NCBI GenBank assembly: GCA_041641305.1 | Contig: JBEPYN010000001.1 | Location: 6,498-70,497 of the forward strand | Direction: 5' to 3' | DNA length: 64,000 bases | Source of the DNA: Nitrososphaerota archaeon | Lineage (GTDB): Archaea > Thermoproteota > Nitrososphaeria_A > Caldarchaeales > Caldarchaeaceae | In this document: positions 61,469 through 64,000 of the stretch, in pieces | Layout: every line of letters starts with the position of its first letter | Numbering within the stretch: position 1 is the stretch's first letter | Translations under genes and position numbers: made by a program | The notes under the pieces: model-generated | The model's input: only the letters and a program-made list of their open reading frames with translations | Told to the model about the DNA's origin: nothing | Databases searched by the model: none

Positions 61469-61837
61469 GTGAGAAGAGTGTCGTCAGCGTCTCCGAGGAA
61501 ACAGCGTCTCCGCCGCTACAACGCGCCGAAACACATAGTGGCAAAGTTTTTGTCTGCTCATCTTTCCCCGGAGCTGAGGAATAAATACCGCAGACGGAGC
61601 GTCAGGCTTAGGCAAGGTGACACGGTGAAGGTGATTAAAGGCACGTTCAAGAACATAGAGGGCAAGGTGAAGAAAGTGGATGTCAAAAGGCAGATGGCCT
61701 ACATCGAGAACGTTTCCATCAAGAAGGCAGACGGGTCGACGGTCGATGTCCCAATAAGGATACCAAACCTTATGATAACGCAGCTTAACCTCGACGACAA
61801 ATACCGTAAAGAGAAGCTGGAGGCGAAGACGGCATGA
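61469..61837 (+). CDS. rpl24: 50S ribosomal protein L24 (uL24, KOW)
   Basis: LRQGDTVKVIKGTFKNIEGKVKKVD... Confidence 0.85.
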   Translation: MRRVSSASPRKQRLRRYNAPKHIVAKFLSAHLSPELRNKYRRRSVRLRQGDTVKVIKGTFKNIEGKVKKVDVKRQMAYIENVSIKKADGSTVDVPIRIPNLMITQLNLDDKYRKEKLEAKTA

Positions 61838-62547
61838 CTCATCTAAAATCTCTCGCAGCCCCCCGCCACTATCCAAAAAAGGCCACCGTTTTCACGGTCA
61901 ACCCAAGTCCAGGACCACATCCCAAGAAAAAATCAATCCCACTTCTAATAGCGGTAAGAGACCTGCTAAAACTTGCAGATAACGCTCACACAGCGCGGAG
62001 AATAATCAAGCAGGGGAAGTTCCTTGTGGATGGACGGGTGATAAGGGATCCCAAGTTTCCGCTGGGGTTGATGGATGTTTTATCAATTCCAGAATTGGGC
62101 GAGAGCTACCGTGTGTTGATTAAGTTGGGTAAAGGCCTCTCACTTGTGAAGACATCCAGCGAAGAAGCCGGGTTCAAAGTCTGTCAAATAGTGAGAAAAA
62201 ACCATGTCCGCGGCGGCGGCTTGATGATAGGGCTTCACGACGGCAGAACAATCCTATTCAGGGGAGAGTCCCTTGAAAGAGGGAAGAGTCTTAAAACCTT
62301 GGACTCTGTCAAAATCGCGCTCCCCAGTCAGGAAATTATTGAAACCATTTCTCTCGACAACGGAGTATACGGCTATATTCACAGCGGCGCCCGCGCCGGG
62401 CTTCATGGGAAAATCCTAAAGATAAGGAGAGATGTGGTTTTCCCTGACAAGCCAACAGCCACTATTGAAACGAGTCAGGGAGCTGTCACAACTCTACTCA
62501 GCAGCATAATGCCAATAGGGGGTGAAGCACCATGGATAACACTTTAG
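61834..62547 (+). CDS. rps4e: 30S ribosomal protein S4e
   Basis: MTHLKSLAAPRHYPKKATVFTVNPSPGPH... Confidence 0.9.
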   Translation: MTHLKSLAAPRHYPKKATVFTVNPSPGPHPKKKSIPLLIAVRDLLKLADNAHTARRIIKQGKFLVDGRVIRDPKFPLGLMDVLSIPELGESYRVLIKLGKGLSLVKTSSEEAGFKVCQIVRKNHVRGGGLMIGLHDGRTILFRGESLERGKSLKTLDSVKIALPSQEIIETISLDNGVYGYIHSGARAGLHGKILKIRRDVVFPDKPTATIETSQGAVTTLLSSIMPIGGEAPWITL

Positions 62548-63053
62548 AACTGTTTCAGAAGCCGAGAATTGAGAAGGTCGTCGTCAACTGCGCGGTCGGC
62601 GAAGGAGGCGCGAGGCTTGAGAGAGCTCAGAAAATACTCGAATCTCTTGTTAACCAGAAACCAGAGGTTAGAAAGGCGAGGAAAACCATAAGAGGTTTCG
62701 GAATACACAAGGGAGAACCAATAGCGCTACGAGTAACACTTAGGAAAGCTGCTGCAGAGGAGTTTCTTAAAAAAGCTTTGATGGCGGTCAACAACCGAAT
62801 AAAGAAGTCCTCTATCGATAACATGGGCAGCTTCTCATTCGGCATCAAAGAACATCTCGACATCCCTGGCACACGCTATAACCCGGAGCTCGGGATAATT
62901 GGCATGGATGTCACAGTTCACTTAACTAAGCCTGGGTACAGGGTTTCTAAGAGGGCTTATCGACGGGCGCGAGTTGGGGTCAGGCAGCGTGTCACGGTTG
63001 AGGAGGCGGTCGAGTTTCTCAGGGAGATGGGTGTGGAGGTGGTTGAGGAGTGA
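62532..63053 (+). CDS. rpl5: 50S ribosomal protein L5 (uL5)
   Basis: PRIEKVVVNCAVGEGG...GFGIHKGEPIALRVTLR... Confidence 0.9.
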   Translation: MDNTLELFQKPRIEKVVVNCAVGEGGARLERAQKILESLVNQKPEVRKARKTIRGFGIHKGEPIALRVTLRKAAAEEFLKKALMAVNNRIKKSSIDNMGSFSFGIKEHLDIPGTRYNPELGIIGMDVTVHLTKPGYRVSKRAYRRARVGVRQRVTVEEAVEFLREMGVEVVEE

Positions 63054-63211
63054 AGCAAAAGCCTCCTAAGCAGAGGAAATTTGGCAAAGGTGTTCACGTG
63101 TGCAGAAGATGCGGCACAAGCGTGGGCGTTATCAGAAAATATGGCCTCTACATTTGTAGAAGATGCATCAACGAAATTGCTCCCAAGCTTGGTTTCAACG
63201 TCTATGATTAG
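63050..63211 (+). CDS. rps14: 30S ribosomal protein S14 type Z (uS14, zinc-binding)
   Basis: 53-aa ORF below the ORF-track cutoff, hand translated from GTG 63050: (M)KQKPPKQRKFGKGVHVCRRCGTSVGVIRKYGLYICRRCINEIAPKLGFNVYD. Confidence 0.85.
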   Translation: MKQKPPKQRKFGKGVHVCRRCGTSVGVIRKYGLYICRRCINEIAPKLGFNVYD

Positions 63212-63222
63212 GTGATGATGAT

Positions 63223-63606
63223 ATGACGGATCTTGTTTCAGCTTTGTTCACAACTTTGCAGAACAACGAGATGGTCAGAAACCGAGAATGCATAGTCAAA
63301 GCAAGTAACTTGGTAGCAGAGATATTGAAGGTTCTTCAGAGAGCAGGATATGTCGGAGCCTTTGAATACATAGACAACGGCCGCGGAGGTCTGTTTAGGG
63401 TTCAGCTTTTGGGCAGGATAAACAGGTCTGCCCCCATACGGCCGAGGATGAGCGTCAAAGCGAACCATTTCGAGATGTTTGAGCAACGCTACCTACCTGG
63501 GAGAAACGTAGGCATGCTGGTTGTCACAACACCGAAGGGTGTCATGTCTCACGAAGAAGCTAAAAAGATGAAAACGGGAGGGAGGCTGCTGGGCTATGTC
63601 TACTAA
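63223..63606 (+). CDS. rps8: 30S ribosomal protein S8 (uS8)
   Basis: MTDLVSALFTTLQNNEMVRNRECIVKASNLVAEILKVLQRAGYVGAFEYID... Confidence 0.9.
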   Translation: MTDLVSALFTTLQNNEMVRNRECIVKASNLVAEILKVLQRAGYVGAFEYIDNGRGGLFRVQLLGRINRSAPIRPRMSVKANHFEMFEQRYLPGRNVGMLVVTTPKGVMSHEEAKKMKTGGRLLGYVY

Positions 63607-64000
63607 GTTTCTGGAAGAAGAGTTCCAGATACCAGACAAAGTCAGGGTCCAGATGAGCGGGAATACTCTCGTCTTCGAGGGAGCCAAAGGCCGCGTCGCC
63701 AAGGATATAAGCCACATACCTGCGGATGTTAAAGTCGGGGATGGCAGGATTGTTTTCAAAGTTCCAGGAAAGTCTAGAAAAGCAAAAGCACTATTAGGAA
63801 CGCTTGTCTCCATCGCGAGAAACGCGGTGACAGGTGTCACCAAAGGATACGTCTATAAAATGAAGGTCGTCTCGTCACACTTCCCGATAACTGTGAAAGT
63901 GGTGGGTAACGAGGTTCATATAACAAACTTCATAGGAGAAAAATATGTCCGTAGGGCTAAGATCGTTGGAGACGTGAAGGTGCAGGTGAAGGGTGACGAG
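63596..64000 (+). CDS. rpl6: 50S ribosomal protein L6 (uL6), partial (continues past window end)
   Basis: Hand translation from ATG 63596: MSTKFLEEEFQIPDKVRVQMSGNTLVFEGAKGRVAKDISHIPADVKV...; open to the window end. Confidence 0.85.
   Translation, partial: MSTKFLEEEFQIPDKVRVQMSGNTLVFEGAKGRVAKDISHIPADVKVGDGRIVFKVPGKSRKAKALLGTLVSIARNAVTGVTKGYVYKMKVVSSHFPITVKVVGNEVHITNFIGEKYVRRAKIVGDVKVQVKGDE

Noticed and set aside
1-64000. CRISPR arrays, rRNA genes, large non-coding RNAs (RNase P RNA, SRP RNA)
   Set aside because: No regularly spaced direct repeats noticed. The largest non-coding gaps are about 100-150 nt, too small for those RNAs. Small C/D or H/ACA RNAs cannot be excluded by eye.

Overview
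This 64 kb window reads as an archaeal chromosome segment, probably from a TACK/crenarchaeal-type (hyper)thermophile. That lineage call is inference from the gene content: e-type ribosomal proteins, aEF-1alpha, aIF-2gamma, aIF-5B, RpoE/Spt4/RpoL/TFS, KEOPS, an RNase P protein set, H+-PPase, and TATA boxes about 22-30 nt upstream of start codons, suggesting leaderless mRNAs. The window is gene-dense on both strands. I found two tRNAs (Ser-GCT, Arg-TCG), no rRNA and no CRISPR array.

Most of it is housekeeping:
- **Information processing:** aEF-1alpha with a convergent rps10; L7Ae-S28e-L24e-NDK-aIF2gamma-PIN-RpoE-Spt4; aIF5B-S6e-S24e-S27ae; Kae1-Bud32-RdgB-S15-RecJ/GAN-Pcc1-S3Ae; L15e-UPF0201-Rpp30-Pop5; and the main r-protein operon L22-S3-L29-Rpp29-S17-L14-L24-S4e-L5-S14-S8-L6.
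- **Metabolism:** an alternative mevalonate-pathway cluster (Memo-like, MVK, IPK, IDI-2) and a tyrosine operon.

What stood out on the hunt:
1. A translationally coupled minus-strand operon centred on a 1044-aa MrfA/YprA-like SF2 helicase, with a roughly 590-aa C-terminal extension I could not assign. It is flanked by a GGCT/AIG2-like protein, an NT5C-type deoxyribonucleotidase, an FAD oxidoreductase and a flavin reductase. This is my best candidate for an undescribed repair or defence-type system.
2. A 159-aa mini-intein inserted in the P-loop of aIF-5B.
3. A cellulose-synthase-like processive GT2 (D, DxD, TED, QxxRW) paired with a secreted protein that has a C-terminal membrane anchor, resembling BcsA/BcsB.
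4. A chorismate-mutase/aminotransferase fusion followed by prephenate dehydrogenase.
5. An HTH plus phosphoribosyltransferase-like regulator divergent from a split xanthine-dehydrogenase-family enzyme and a cyclic amidohydrolase.
6. A TatC with a C-terminal zinc ribbon.
7. A TATA element lying between the divergent PhoU-like gene and rpl22.

All product calls come from my own reading of the translations; I ran no database searches.
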